This document shows, piece by piece, positions 47,262 to 60,111 of a stretch of DNA of 64,000 nt. Every line of letters starts with the position of its first letter. Position 1 is the stretch's first letter. The DNA is taken from NCBI GenBank assembly GCA_964019425.1, contig OZ025796.1:1178001-1242000 (forward strand). The letters run 5' to 3'. The DNA comes from Flectonema sp. DT1601 (lineage: Eukaryota). The position numbers and the translations under genes are program-made. The notes beneath the pieces are model-generated. The model saw only the letters and a program-made list of their open reading frames with translations. It was not told where the DNA came from and did no database searches.

Positions 47262-48017
47262 GAAATGAATAGGTACCTCTCACTAAATAATTTTCTTTTG
47301 TTTTGTTTGTGCGCAACCGGAAACCTATAAAATAAGTGTTAACGTTACGCTATCACAATTCTCTCTCACACGTCTTCGAGATGAAAAAGAGTTGTGTTTG
47401 GCTAGCAGTTTTTTTGATACTTTGTGCTAAAAATCCGGGATTTTGATGGGTTTTTTGTCCCAAAAAAGTTTTCTGTTAATTATTGTTTTTCTTGTGAAAA
47501 ATCAGCTTTACTATTTTTTTTTCCTTCTTCTTATTTTTTTTTTTCCGTTTTCGTTTTCGTTTATGAGTGTTGCTAAACTGATGTAAATTGGAAAAAAAAA
47601 AAAAAAAATAAAAAAAATTCAATTTATCGATCGGTTTAAAGTGACAGTCGTATTCTTGAGAGATACCAATGTGAGGGTAGCTCTGAAATCCTCTCACCAT
47701 GCGATACTCGAGTGCTAAAAGTATGCTCTTACCTCCCTTCCCTGGAGATGCTGCACCCAGCAAAGGCGTTTCTTATTACGTTATTAAAATATTTTTAAAA
47801 GAAAAGAAAAGAAAAAAAAGGATCTTAGTTTTCAACCTGACTGATGATTCCCTCTCAGAAATCAGTGCCTAGGATCTGGATATATAGTTGTCGAATTATG
47901 TTGGTGTGCAGTGTGATGATGTTTTACAATAATTATTTTCATAAAGTGTAATATGACAACAAGTGAACCGACACGTTACGTCAATTATTAATAATTCATC
48001 CCTCTTTCCAGGTAGAG

Positions 48018-49438
48018 ATGGCATTTCGCCTAACTACACGACTAAGATGTCAATTTGACAGTACGCCAACAAAAATACAAAGGACTGGACTACAAGGTTC
48101 TCAAGGGACATGGGAACATGATGAGAAAGTGGTTTGGAGAGGTCCACCGACACACTCAAGTGAAGTTCCCTCAGTTGGGTATTTGGGAAATATAAGAACA
48201 CCGAATTGGATGTTGGGTTCAACAGACGAAGAGGGTGATGAAATATTTCACAAAGCAAAATCAATTTTTCAACCATTCTCTCCATCAGTAAAGAAAGCTG
48301 TTGGTAATTTTAGACTGAGACTCGTTCCGGGACAAGCTAGTGCTGGTCCACCAGTTGGTCCAACTTTTTCAGGAATGGGTGTGAAGAGTATGGATTTCAT
48401 AAAAGAGTTTAATGCAAAGACAGACGGGGTTTTCGAAAGAGACCCAGACCTCAAACTGAAAGTCTATCTCAGATTCTACGAAGACAAGACTTACCAATAT
48501 AGAATACTACCTCCGCCGACTGGGTACCTTATCGCTAAGGCATCGGGTCTACCACCAGCTGGTAAGAAGAAACGAGGTATCAAGGGATGGAATGACACTG
48601 CTCTTGAAGGATACGCAGGATATATAACTTTACAACAGCTGTATCACATTGCTGCTCTTGCTAATTCATGGGGACATCATCCTGATTGGGCACCCCTTGA
48701 GATGAGAGTAACTGGAATGATAAACTCAGCTAAAATACAAGGTCTCTGTGTTCTAGGTGTTCACTCTGATACTCCACCAGTTCTAGGATTCACTGATAAA
48801 CAATACCGCGATCATATTAATGTAAAAGCTGATGAGTGGGATAAAACACGTTATGCAGAACTTCAACTGAACCCTCTGGATAGACTTCCTTGGCATACTC
48901 GTATGAGATTTAAAAATACAGAAGGCTACGTATTCAAAGATTCAACAGAAAAAAAGGTTTTGTTTTTTTTTATTTTGTTTTTTTACTCTGATGTGGTGTT
49001 GTCATTTATTTAATACCAACAACAACAACAACAACAACAACAACAACGACAGACTGTAATCAAAGACGCAATGGCTATCGATAAATCCTATCAAGAACTT
49101 TTACAAAAAGAAAAAAAGGATGAGCAACCCAGTGGAGTAGTCAACTGGGACTACTGGAGGGAGACTGGTCAGATTCATAAGAGGAAAGCTGCCCCAACAG
49201 ATCCTGAAATCAAGCATATTCGAGAGGTATGTGTTTTTTTGATTCATCTTTTGTCAGATGGGAATAATAAATTCAAAAAAACCAACAAAACCAACAGAAC
49301 ATCGACAAACAAGTTGATTATCTCCTCAAGAGACATCCTTCATCGCTTTCCCGAACAGGAAACTACAGAGCACTGTGGCACGAAGACGATTGGACTTCTG
49401 CTTTACCTGAAACCTCTCTGGCTTCCAGAGTTCGGTAG
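48018..49438 (+). CDS. MRPL11: Mitochondrial ribosomal protein uL11m with extensions (3 exons; introns 48957-49052, 49227-49297)
   Basis: PGQASAGPPVGP...DFIKEFNAKT...PPTGYLI...ITLQQLYHIA L11 signature; presequence-like MAFRLTTRLRC; phase-0 introns keep the frame. Confidence 0.85.
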
Positions 49439-49817
49439 TATCAATCCAGCCTTCTATTGCTAACATAAATAACAAGTACGAATAACACTTTGTTTATATC
49501 AAGTAAACAAAGCGTTACTACAACCAAATAGGTTTTACTTAAATTACGTTTTTTTAAAAAGGGACTTTTTCCCCGTAGCTGTCATGATACAGATTATGTG
49601 TATTCAAGTGTCTGAAGAGGGAAAAAAAAAAAAAAAAAAAAATAGAAAAACTGCTGATTAAATTTCATTCCTTATCAGTATTGCTGGCATGGCATTGGTG
49701 TGTCGTATCGATCTGAATTGCTCTTTTTTTTTTTTTTTTTTTCTCTAACAAAAAAAAAAGCACCAAATCTAGTAGTTACTTACCTCTTCAAAAAAAAAAC
49801 CAGTCTGGACGTGAGAA

Positions 49818-51950
49818 ATGTCACATGCACAAATAAAATTAAAATATGCTTTTCGGAAGGAAATTAGAATGCTGACGGTAAAGAGTGATATCACACACGC
49901 TGAATTGGTTAGTCAATTACAGACGAGTACTAAGCAAATGTCAAAATCAGAAGGGAGTTGTTCAAGCAAACTGATGCTTCGATACATTGATGACGATTTA
50001 ATAATCCTGTGGGATGAGAGTGATTGGAGGCAATGTGTTGATTACTATAATGAAGAATTGTTGCCATCGGGTCAGAAATTAAAACTTTTTATTGAATATG
50101 AGAACTCAACTGAGACACTACTAGAACAATTACCGCCAACATGGGCGTTGGTTCCGACTACATTTAGAGGTGGCTCAGTTAGACCTAACTCGAACAAAAC
50201 TGAGGCAACTATTGATCAAAATACGACCATCAAACAAGGAACACCACCTACCCCTGTTGATCAGATCAGGGGTTGGGTTAAGGGTAATATGATTGGTACT
50301 GGAGCCTCATCGGAGGTATTCTTCGGAATGGACAAACATACGGCAAAGTTTTTCGCAGCTAAGCAAACCCCTATTGATAAACGTAATCCTGATCACACTG
50401 AAAAGATCAGAGCTTTACAAAAAGAAATCGAACTGATGTCAAAACATCAACACGAAAACATCGTCCGATACCTTGGAAGTGAAATCAAAGCAGGAGTTTT
50501 CAGTATCTTTATTGAGTATGTACCGGGAGGTTCAATCGCTTCGTTGCTATTCCGATTTGGATCTTTTCATGAAAAAGTAATCCGAGTCTACACCAGACAA
50601 ATATTATTAGGACTTCACTTCCTACACGCGAATGGAATTATCCACAGAGATATAAAAGGGGGTAATATTCTAGTCTCTGATAAGGGTCAGGTTAAAGTTG
50701 CTGATTTTGGTTGTTCAAAAAAAGTAGCGGTTGACAGTACTGGTACGCAAACTTTATTAGGAACTGCCTTGTGGATGGCACCAGAGGTAATTAAATTTGC
50801 ACGGTATGGTGAAAGCTCAGACATTTGGTCTGTTGGATGTACAGTTGTAGAAATGGCAACCGGAAAACCCCCATGGACAATGGACAATTCCTTTGAAACT
50901 GAAATACAAGCAATGTATCATATCGCAAAGAGTGGAACTCACCCGAGAATACCAAGTCACTTGTCCCGCAATGCGAAGGATTTCTTACGAAGTACCTTCT
51001 CAGCTGATAATGTTATGAGAAGTTCAGCAGCTCAATTACTGAAGCATTCATTTATAACAGAAGAGTGTGTTGATATTTCTGATATTGGGAAGTCACCAAC
51101 AACAACCATAACAGGAAAGGATGATATTTCATCTGATGAAGTTACAGAAGACAGGAATTCATCGATCGTAACGTCGATGGCTACTCTCAATTGGGAAGAG
51201 TCATCTGGAGAACAACCTCGTTCTCAATCACTCCGTTGGGGTAATGTTACTCGAACACCTGATATGTCATTAGTTAGTAACATTCCTCCATTAGCGTCTT
51301 CTGGTGATCTGAGTGAGGAAACAGTTGCTGCGCCATATGCTGCTGTTGTTCCATCGAGCAGTTTGAATGTTAGTATTTCAAACAGTGTTGTTTCTTATAA
51401 TAACGTAACTTGTGAAGATGATACAAAAAGTAACGATCCCTCAACATCATCAGGTGTTGTCAGAGATGAAAGTGTTCTTTTAGATTACTTATCAGAGAAT
51501 GCTATGATGCATATGGTTGGAGGTACGTCATCATCAAATAAAACTGTTCTAAGGGACTCATCAAGTCTGCGATCGTTCCCAAGTCGATTGTCAGAACTGG
51601 CAGCAGAGCAGGTTCAACAAATGGCTGCATTCCCAGTTGGGAAACCAACAAAAACATCATCTCCGAGGAGGACAACTTCAATTTCAAAAAAATCAAAAAA
51701 GAGTGCTGTTTCGTCTTCTGCGCCTTCTGTGCGAACTGCAGCAGCTCACAAAGGGAAAACAAGAGCAAGTATGCCTCTGATCCCTCAGAGTAGTGAAGAA
51801 CCAGCTCCGACGAGACCAACAGGAAGACGTCAATCGCAGTCGGGAAGTGGTCGGAATTTGATGTCTGCGAGAAGACATCAGCAGTTTGAATATTCCGAAA
51901 TGCTTATCGACGCTCAGGCTCTTAGCAGCGACCTCCCTCCAGAGTCTTAG
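49818..51950 (+). CDS. MAP kinase kinase kinase (STE11/NPK1-like) with N-terminal PB1-like domain
   Basis: IGTGAS, HENIVRYLG, EYVPGGS, HRDIKGGN, ADFGCSK, GTALWMAPE and DIWSVGC; N-terminal IKLKY...LRYIDDD. Confidence 0.92.
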   Translation: MSHAQIKLKYAFRKEIRMLTVKSDITHAELVSQLQTSTKQMSKSEGSCSSKLMLRYIDDDLIILWDESDWRQCVDYYNEELLPSGQKLKLFIEYENSTETLLEQLPPTWALVPTTFRGGSVRPNSNKTEATIDQNTTIKQGTPPTPVDQIRGWVKGNMIGTGASSEVFFGMDKHTAKFFAAKQTPIDKRNPDHTEKIRALQKEIELMSKHQHENIVRYLGSEIKAGVFSIFIEYVPGGSIASLLFRFGSFHEKVIRVYTRQILLGLHFLHANGIIHRDIKGGNILVSDKGQVKVADFGCSKKVAVDSTGTQTLLGTALWMAPEVIKFARYGESSDIWSVGCTVVEMATGKPPWTMDNSFETEIQAMYHIAKSGTHPRIPSHLSRNAKDFLRSTFSADNVMRSSAAQLLKHSFITEECVDISDIGKSPTTTITGKDDISSDEVTEDRNSSIVTSMATLNWEESSGEQPRSQSLRWGNVTRTPDMSLVSNIPPLASSGDLSEETVAAPYAAVVPSSSLNVSISNSVVSYNNVTCEDDTKSNDPSTSSGVVRDESVLLDYLSENAMMHMVGGTSSSNKTVLRDSSSLRSFPSRLSELAAEQVQQMAAFPVGKPTKTSSPRRTTSISKKSKKSAVSSSAPSVRTAAAHKGKTRASMPLIPQSSEEPAPTRPTGRRQSQSGSGRNLMSARRHQQFEYSEMLIDAQALSSDLPPES

Positions 51951-53660
51951 CTCAAATGATGGGTTTCATTTTTTTTTTTGCTGATTTGTCTTCTCCGAAT
52001 TCCTCAAGTCGTTCTCCTTAACTTAAATTTATCATACAAGACGAACGCCTGCTTTTTGACAAGCTGGTTTGTTCACAGAGCCTAAAAGTACTTTCCGATC
52101 AGCTATTTCCCGCGTCTTGTCAAAAAAAAAAAAATAGCAAAGACGTGCTTGTTAAGTTATTGTTGCATGTGATCATTCTTCTCTTTCCTTACACTTTACT
52201 ATTCCTTTTTTTTTTTTTTTTTTGTTCGTTTTATTTCTATTGCTCCAATTGTGACCTTTACACTTCATGTTGGAAAAAATAAAATTTTAATTTTCTCCTG
52301 TTGTTGAATTTTTCTTTTTAAAAAAAAAAATGAAACCATCCTGAATTCCTGAAGAAGGAAAATATGTTTTTTTTTTTTTTTTTTTTTTTTTTGCACCGAC
52401 GAAGTCGAAGAAGAAACTATTCAGACTAAGAGCCATACTGCTTGCGGTTACCTGTATGGATTCCTTTCTTCCTCAAACACTCTAAAAGATGAATATATTC
52501 GTATTCCATTCGTATTGTTTTCCTAATTGAATTCTTGTACTAGTGTTCTACACTAAATCCTCCACTCATGGATGGATTCGAGGAAAAACAATTTTTTTTT
52601 TTACTTGCGAAATTCCTAGACAGTCTTCTTTGTTATTGGAAGGACTTTTTTTAATTCGAAGCGCAACTTTTTATGTTTGAGATGGAGAAGTATTTCCGAA
52701 AGGGTGACTTGGAGACATCACTTTGTATCAATAATTTAAAGCACGATGGGTTAGTTTTTATTGGATTACTTTGATGTTTCTCTGTGTCACTTCTTGGTTT
52801 GAAATCTCTCTGTCTGCTTGTCCTCCGAAAAGGTAAAGAAAGATTGTTATTCGGGAAAAAAAAAAAAAAAAAAAAAAGACAGTTATTGACAACCTACTGT
52901 CTTGTTTGCTTGTTGCTTTTCTAAATGCACCCTCTTGCGAAACGAATCTGAGCACATTACAAAAAGGCCTCGTTTCTTTTCTTCCTATTTGTTGGATGAT
53001 TCGTTTTTTCTTTCTTTCTTTTTTTCCCTAGCCTCTAGTCATTGGGTTTATAGTGAAATAAATATGCTCCCCGTTAGTAGTATTTTCTATGGGGAAAATT
53101 CTCCAAAAAAAAAAAAAAAAATCTTGAAAAGCATCATGGGGAATTCCCATGGAAATAGATTAAAAAAAAATATTCTGGTGCTCAACACACTCCCTCCTGT
53201 CAGACACAGGTGCGGATCTTAGCAGCATGAGAGGTACTCCTGGTGACATCAGTTGATTCTAAACGAGTATTCTCCTTCCTGAAGTTCCTTAAGTTAAGAC
53301 AAGGCTTCGTTCTCCACACCATTGATGACCTACTGCTTCCAAAGATGCTGATCTGAGCGAGGGGTGGTCACAATGTCTGGTGATGTGAGTGACTGTGTAA
53401 TGCTGAAGTGCAAATCTCTCGGTTATGCCAACCAAGTGTGTGGATATCCTAGGTGCTGGGAATCCCCAATGCCTCCAATCACAGCTATCCTGAGGGAAAC
53501 TTCGGAGTGAACCAGCTACTGGACTGGATCTTTTGCCCTATCCGAAAAAAAAATACAGACCAAAATAAAGATAGATTGTCTTAGCGGTTTTTCTGTCTTC
53601 AACATCGACTGTTTTCTTAACCCATTTATCTGTTACAGTTTACATTTGAGACAGCAAACA

Positions 53661-54935
53661 ATGAGTCAGCGGCCACAACCATCTATGTCTGCGGGAGAAT
53701 ACTCAAACTCGATAATGAATACTTACAAGGGATTCTCATTGAGAGATGTTTATACTTTTCATTGTGAAAAAATGTCAATGAGAGAGATAAGTGGAATACG
53801 AGATTCACTTCCAAAGGAAATTGATGATTTTAGTTGTGCAGTTGAACTTGATTTCTCATCTGTTGTACTCGGTGACAGGGGATGCTACACTATACTGGAG
53901 TTGGTACGAGTTTGTTATAAACTCGAAGTGTTGAAACTGAGCAACTGTGGCTTGTCGAATGACATTACTGGACTACTAGGACAAGTATTAACAGAGCACC
54001 CAACACTTCAATACATTGATGTTAGTGATAATTGTTTTTTAACAGCACCGTCAGGGGATAAGTTACTGCTGGCGTGTCAGGCAAATGAGAACATTATATC
54101 TGTTGACGTCTCTGGTACGAATGTACCGTCGGATTTGGAAAAACGAATCAATAAAATTGTTGAAAAGAATGTTAACAAGTTTTTAAATAAAGCTTCTCAA
54201 GCAAAAATCAGATCTTTTAAAGTAGCAAATGCTGTTGATTTGGTTCTTTCAAAAACAGAAAAATACGAGTTAAGCTATATCGTCAGACGAGCCAGACTGA
54301 ATGAGATGGAATTCGAATCGTGTAGTCAAGCAATCAGTGTTGATGGATCGGGTTTACCAAAGCTTTTCGATGATGAAAACAACAGAGCAATCGATTGCTT
54401 TACATCGGCAGACATAAACAACTCTGGATCGATATCGTATTCTGGGGTCATAAAAGCCTTGAAACTTTATGGTTTGGTGGTAGAACCTGAAGACGCGTAC
54501 CTAATAAATCTATTCTCAAAACTTGATGTATCAGAAGAGAGCATCCTAACTCAACGACAATGGTTAATATTTTTAAGAAATTTTTTAACTTATGAAGGAG
54601 AGACTTGGAAGGCTACATACCTCAGTCAGTTGAGAGGTGCTTTCATGGCTGTCAGTGAATCTGATGGGGAGTCTGGAATACCTCTTCTCAAACTCAGTTC
54701 TTGTTTGTTGCATTTAAGCAAAATAACTGGAATCCAAATGGACGATGTCTTTGAAGATAAATGTTTTAATTTTCTTCGTGTTATGAGTAACACAAATTCA
54801 GACGACTCAGTAATTAGAATACATCTTAGAGATTTCACAGAGGCATTGTTAGTAATGCAATGTGTTACGTTTAGGTCATTCAGAACTACCCTCATATATC
54901 ACAAATTATCTGTTAACCCTGCAAAGGAAAGATGA
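53661..54935 (+). CDS. RNI-like leucine-rich repeat + EF-hand protein
   Basis: LEVLKLSNCGL, LQYIDVSDN and IISVDVSGT LRRs; DINNSGSISYS EF-hand-like loop. Confidence 0.75.
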   Translation: MSQRPQPSMSAGEYSNSIMNTYKGFSLRDVYTFHCEKMSMREISGIRDSLPKEIDDFSCAVELDFSSVVLGDRGCYTILELVRVCYKLEVLKLSNCGLSNDITGLLGQVLTEHPTLQYIDVSDNCFLTAPSGDKLLLACQANENIISVDVSGTNVPSDLEKRINKIVEKNVNKFLNKASQAKIRSFKVANAVDLVLSKTEKYELSYIVRRARLNEMEFESCSQAISVDGSGLPKLFDDENNRAIDCFTSADINNSGSISYSGVIKALKLYGLVVEPEDAYLINLFSKLDVSEESILTQRQWLIFLRNFLTYEGETWKATYLSQLRGAFMAVSESDGESGIPLLKLSSCLLHLSKITGIQMDDVFEDKCFNFLRVMSNTNSDDSVIRIHLRDFTEALLVMQCVTFRSFRTTLIYHKLSVNPAKER

Positions 54936-55066
54936 AAAAAAAAAAAAAAAAATTAAAAAATATTTACACTGTTATAAACACCCTTCTTATGGAGGAAGTG
55001 TTTTCTTATGTTTTTTTTTTCCTTCTTTTTTCCTTCTCTCAAAAGTCTGGGATTGTGTGGCTATTT

Positions 55067-55068
<2 letters not shown>

Positions 55069-55131
<63 letters not shown>

Positions 55132-55151
55132 TTTAAATTTTTCTATTCAGG

Positions 55152-55185
<34 letters not shown>
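55069..55185. repeat. (ATT)n and (CT)n microsatellites
   Basis: About 21 ATT units at 55069-55131 and a CT run at 55157-55185. Confidence 0.95.
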
Positions 55186-55188
<3 letters not shown>

Positions 55189-55287
55189 ATCACCAAATTG
55201 CTATTTCAACTGTGTCGGTGTCGAGGTAGGTTTTAGATATTAACAAAAAGCAGCAGCTCAAACACCATGCAGCGGTAGCACAAAGTG

Positions 55288-57075
55288 ATGAATTGGAGAA
55301 TTCAGTGGGCGTTGTTGTTGGTTTGGAACTTTATTGTTATCGTTACGGCTGAGGGAGAACCGCTTTTTGATGATCCTCCTGAAGAAGTTGAACCACCGAT
55401 AGAAGAACTAATCACACCAATACCAAGTGGAGATATAGAACCAGTTGATGTCAGGGTCCGGATATCTACTTTAGAGGGAATTGATTTTGATTTTGTCACT
55501 TTTGAAGAAGTAATTCAACGACGATATTCTAATGCAATGATCATAACAACAAGAAGATCATACGCAGTTTTGGTTACTGGAATGGAAATTACCGTTCGAG
55601 TATTTCTATCGTGGGATTCGAATACCAGAGCAGAACTAACTGTGGTCATAACCGACGCTGCTACACAAGCTGGAGCTTCAGAAGTAAGCATATTATCGAT
55701 ACTGGTGTCTGGACAGTCTGCTTGGCCAGTTCATTCCGCCACATCTAAGTATTGTATTGCTGGAGTTGATATTGGTTATTATACTCCTGAAGTTGTTTCA
55801 GAAATTAGAACGCTGACACTAAATGACATCCCCAGCCAACGACATAGAACTGTTTCTATATCTACTATATGTTTACATGAACATGAAACAACATGCGTAT
55901 CTGATAGTACCCTCGCTGCGGGTAACAATCCACTAATCCCTAGTAATCCACCTATCAATATTCGATATAATTACGAGAACGCTTCTCGTTTGGCAATGGT
56001 ACACATACATCTGACCAGTCCTGAGGCGGATTCAGATGCATCGTACCTGTCTAATAAAATTAAAGCTCATGTCACAAGTTCAGATTTAAATATTTTTCAA
56101 TTAATCGTTTGTGTAGATCCAACTCCGAATCAACCTGTTTCGGGAGGTACGAATGCAAATGAATTAGCTTTCCTAGTAATTGGTGGTGCTGTTCTTATTA
56201 TTATCGGAACGGTTGTCTTTTTGAAAAGAAAAAGATTCGCAGCTAGTTGTCACAAGTTATTTTCAAATCCGAGAGCGAGATCGGAATTGCACTCAAAACA
56301 ATCAACTGGTCACAATCCAGACCAAGATGAGGATCTACCAGAGCAGACTACCGATGGATGGCTTGACGTAGCTCATCCCTACATGCCTACCTTCCCAAAT
56401 ACAACAGTTGGAGGTGACACTTATGCATGGGAACGTCATTCCCTGGACGGAGTTAATTATTACTATAACACCAACACTGGTAGGACACGCTGGGATACCC
56501 CTACTGATGATGAAAATCTCGCAAGTCTTGCAGAGACTTTAAATAATTCAACATCAGATATCACTCATCCTGATCATGAGGGGGGTTCAAAGTTTGAAAC
56601 ACCCGAAAGACGTACAAAAATTATAAACAAGAATCGAACACCTGATGCGGGAAGTGGAAATGCTCCAACACGAAGCACTGCGTCGACTGATCGCCGTACT
56701 AAAGCGAGTGAAATAGAATCACCATTCTCAGGTAGAGTTTCTCGTAATGAGCCGGATGCGAGTGATCAGCTTTCACGCACAGCATTTGCCACCTCATCTG
56801 ACAGCATTGTTGAAAAACGAGAACGACTTCAACAAGCCATGACTCACAGTGATAATGACGTTAATAAGGAAACTTCAGATAAAAAATATCAACAAAATAA
56901 CTCCAGAAAGGATATCGATCGTCGGTTTCGATCTCAAAGTAATCCTCTCAAGGCAGTTGAACAAACTGTCGATAAGAACGCAGGAAAGCATGCATCTCAG
57001 TCTAATTCAGGTCATAAACAAAAAAAGCATCGTCCGACACCTTCACATCATCCAGATGATGAATCTCCTTGTTAG
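55288..57075 (+). CDS. Type I membrane protein with cytoplasmic WW domain
   Basis: Signal peptide, TM segment LAFLVIGGAVLIIIGTVVFL followed by KRKR, WW motif WERHSLDGVNYYYNTNTGRTRWDTP. Confidence 0.82.
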   Translation: MNWRIQWALLLVWNFIVIVTAEGEPLFDDPPEEVEPPIEELITPIPSGDIEPVDVRVRISTLEGIDFDFVTFEEVIQRRYSNAMIITTRRSYAVLVTGMEITVRVFLSWDSNTRAELTVVITDAATQAGASEVSILSILVSGQSAWPVHSATSKYCIAGVDIGYYTPEVVSEIRTLTLNDIPSQRHRTVSISTICLHEHETTCVSDSTLAAGNNPLIPSNPPINIRYNYENASRLAMVHIHLTSPEADSDASYLSNKIKAHVTSSDLNIFQLIVCVDPTPNQPVSGGTNANELAFLVIGGAVLIIIGTVVFLKRKRFAASCHKLFSNPRARSELHSKQSTGHNPDQDEDLPEQTTDGWLDVAHPYMPTFPNTTVGGDTYAWERHSLDGVNYYYNTNTGRTRWDTPTDDENLASLAETLNNSTSDITHPDHEGGSKFETPERRTKIINKNRTPDAGSGNAPTRSTASTDRRTKASEIESPFSGRVSRNEPDASDQLSRTAFATSSDSIVEKRERLQQAMTHSDNDVNKETSDKKYQQNNSRKDIDRRFRSQSNPLKAVEQTVDKNAGKHASQSNSGHKQKKHRPTPSHHPDDESPC

Positions 57076-57162
57076 GTATCCATGTCTGCTGCTTGATTAG
57101 AATTCCAAATCGTAGTAATGTGAGGTGCTTCCTGCATCTGTTGGCTTAGAAATTTGATATCT

Positions 57163-57209
<47 letters not shown>

Positions 57210-57667
57210 TTTCCTTTTGGTTGAAATTACCAAAAAAAAAAAAAAAAATAAAGGGTAATAATAATTAATTACACTCAACATTCTCTTAGGGTGTTTTCCC
57301 CCATCTGTACTACCTGCGTCTTTGTTATGTTATGTAGTGCAGTACCTTTTTTTTAAATCTTTTATTTAGCCCTCCTCTTTTTTTTTTTCTCTTATTTTTT
57401 TTTCCTCAGGATGATGTAAACACGATGACGCATTCGTCACATGCTGTGTGGGTTGTTTCATGAAGCAATAAGGCATCATGAAATGATCACAGGCAATTTT
57501 TTAAAAAAAAAAAAAGAAACAAAAATTTTCATTTTTGTCCCTTACAGTGTAGCTAGGGCGACATGCAGCCTGGTTACCAAACATTTATCAGTTAGTTGAT
57601 CATGTGGGATTGTGTGTCTCTGATTATTCAAGAACAAAAAACACGAAAAAAAAAAATAGATTTCCAG

Positions 57668-57698
<31 letters not shown>

Positions 57699-59022
57699 GA
57701 GAATGCCATAGTAGTCTCACTAGTCTAATTGTAGTGTTAGGGTGATAGTCTGACCTTTCAAAGGAAAAAAAGAAAAAAAAAAAAATATTAAGGTAGTAAG
57801 CTAAAAAAATAAAATAAAAAGATATTTTATGGTATTTTTGGTTGCGCGTATGCCGATTTCTTTTTTCTCTCTCTTCAAATTTCACTTCGATTTTCAAAAA
57901 GTCGGAGTAAATAATTAAAAAGTATACATTTATTTATTCATGAGATGCTGCTCACCTTTCCTCACTGAAAGTGTAACCCAACCCAATCCACCTAAATTAT
58001 CACTGGTGATTTCCCCAATCTTCCCCTTCTCTGGTAGTTTATTTGAAGCATGCAATTTTGTGTAGACGGGATCCAGTTTATAATGATTCGCAAGTCTAAT
58101 TAATTGTGTGTTAACCTGGATTTATTAATCCAAGTTTCCCCCCTCCATTCTTCTTTTTTTTTTCCTTCCCCCCTTTCATGCTGTTGTTTCTTAACAGCTT
58201 GCCTTGTGGTCTCGCCCAACCCAAAACCCGGATGCATTGGTTATACAGCAGAGGGAAAAAAAAAAAAAAAAAAAAATATCACTGTAAGATAAAGTCTGGT
58301 CAATGTGTAAGAGAACAGGAATGGGAACGAAAATAGCTGCATTTCTCACGGAAATGTAGTGAAACATACTTGTACCCCCTTTTTTTTTTTTTTTTGCAAA
58401 GGGAATTTCTAAAATAAATCGAAAAAATAAAGGGACTTTTTCCCTTTCGTCATATGCACCTTTTTGTCAACTGCATCGAACCCCTCTTTATTTTCCCTTC
58501 TATTTTGGAAAAAAAAAAAGGGAAAAATAACTGTCCTTTAAACTAATTAAATGCCCCTTTTATTTCCGTTTTGTTTTTTTCCTTTAAAAAAAGGGTACAG
58601 GTATAATGATATAAAAAAATAAATTTGGCCTTTTTGATATTGTTCAGTAATTCTTATTGAGGGTGAAGTATAATTTGGTTAGCGAATTACTTGCATAGCA
58701 ATCAGAAAAAAAACCCGTTACGAATATACACGAACACCTTTTTTGCATTTTCGCAGTCGCTGAGGACGATTTAACCTAAGGGTAAGAGGTTGGTTTTAGT
58801 TTCAGCTAGAGAAAAAGGAAAAAAAAAAAAGAGAAAAAACACGGAGGGAGGAAAACAAAAGAACGAAGTTATGAATTATGATCAGTCGGGTCATTCATAT
58901 TTCCTACCATGCAAAACGTGTGGGTGCAAAAAAAAAAAAAAAAAAAAAAAAGTTATGTTGTTTTTCTCTTTCAAAAACATCACCTTGTGTCATAAGCCAA
59001 CAAGGCTAAAGCAATATCTAAG

Positions 59023-59058
<36 letters not shown>

Positions 59059-60111
59059 CATGTTGTTGGTCATTGCTATGAGACTGCAGAGACCCAACCC
59101 AAAACCCTTTTCGTCGGTTATTTCCGTCTTATGAACAGACGATTAAAAAAAAAAAAAAAAAAAATCAGCAATAAATTTTATTTGACAGAGCACATTACCC
59201 CTTTCCTTTACCAACCCTATCTTGCATTCAGTTAACTTGAATGTAATTGTTATGGTTGGATGATTTCATCTCGACCTTTCTCATTCATTCCCATATTCTT
59301 TTTTTTTTTTTTTTTTGTTTTTTTTTAAAAATATTTTTTTTGTACTTACAGACCCATTGTTCGGTAGAAAGAGAATTGTGGCAGCGTAGCTAACCTATTA
59401 ACCCTTATTTAGGATTTTGTACTTAGTTGCGCACAAACACAATACAAAAGTGTTGAGTGAAAAATGTAAAAAAAAAGTGACGATCATCATAATAATAATA
59501 ATAATAATAATAATAATTTTTTTTTTTTTTTTGTCTGGGTTTGTGTACCCCTTGGTACGAAAATAATTTTTAAAAAAAATTTAAAAAAAAAAAAAAATAT
59601 CTGTGTAATGTGACCCAGGTTTGCCTCAATTTGGTGAAGCAGGCCCCCGAGTTATGTTTTCTAGGAATTGGTTACGTACTAAGGTACAGTCTTTTTTTTA
59701 TATGATTTTTTATGATTTATTTTTCGTTGACCTCTTCATTCAGGAAACGAATCTACTGAACAATAAGTTGCCATTATGTCGTTGTTTCAATTTCCTCCCA
59801 ATGAAGAAAGGGAAGAGGGGGGGAAACAAAAAAAAAAAAAAAAAAAAAAGAAGAAAGAAAAGAAAGGCGTATTATTTCCTCATTCTGGTTTTATGTTTTT
59901 ATCTTTTTCGTTCTGCTACCCTAGTGCAGTATGGTGCTAGCGAGTACTGTTTCTAATTTTGTTGATATTTTTGTGATATTGATTTCTCACCAGTGGTAAG
60001 ACACAATGTAAGCAGTCGACTTTTTACAACGTACTTCACTTCATTGAATGCTGATTAGTGCTTCTGTATTCTACTTATCTTTTCAGTAATACAGAACGAC
60101 AGCTGCACCAC

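Noticed and set aside
47645..47975. Possible hairpins and C/D-box-like words upstream of uL11m
   Set aside because: No clear CTGA D box or guide complementarity; cannot distinguish from chance.
57443..57502. Hairpin followed by GGCAATTTTT resembling the U4 snRNA Sm site
   Set aside because: No upstream U6-complementary region; T tracts are ubiquitous here.
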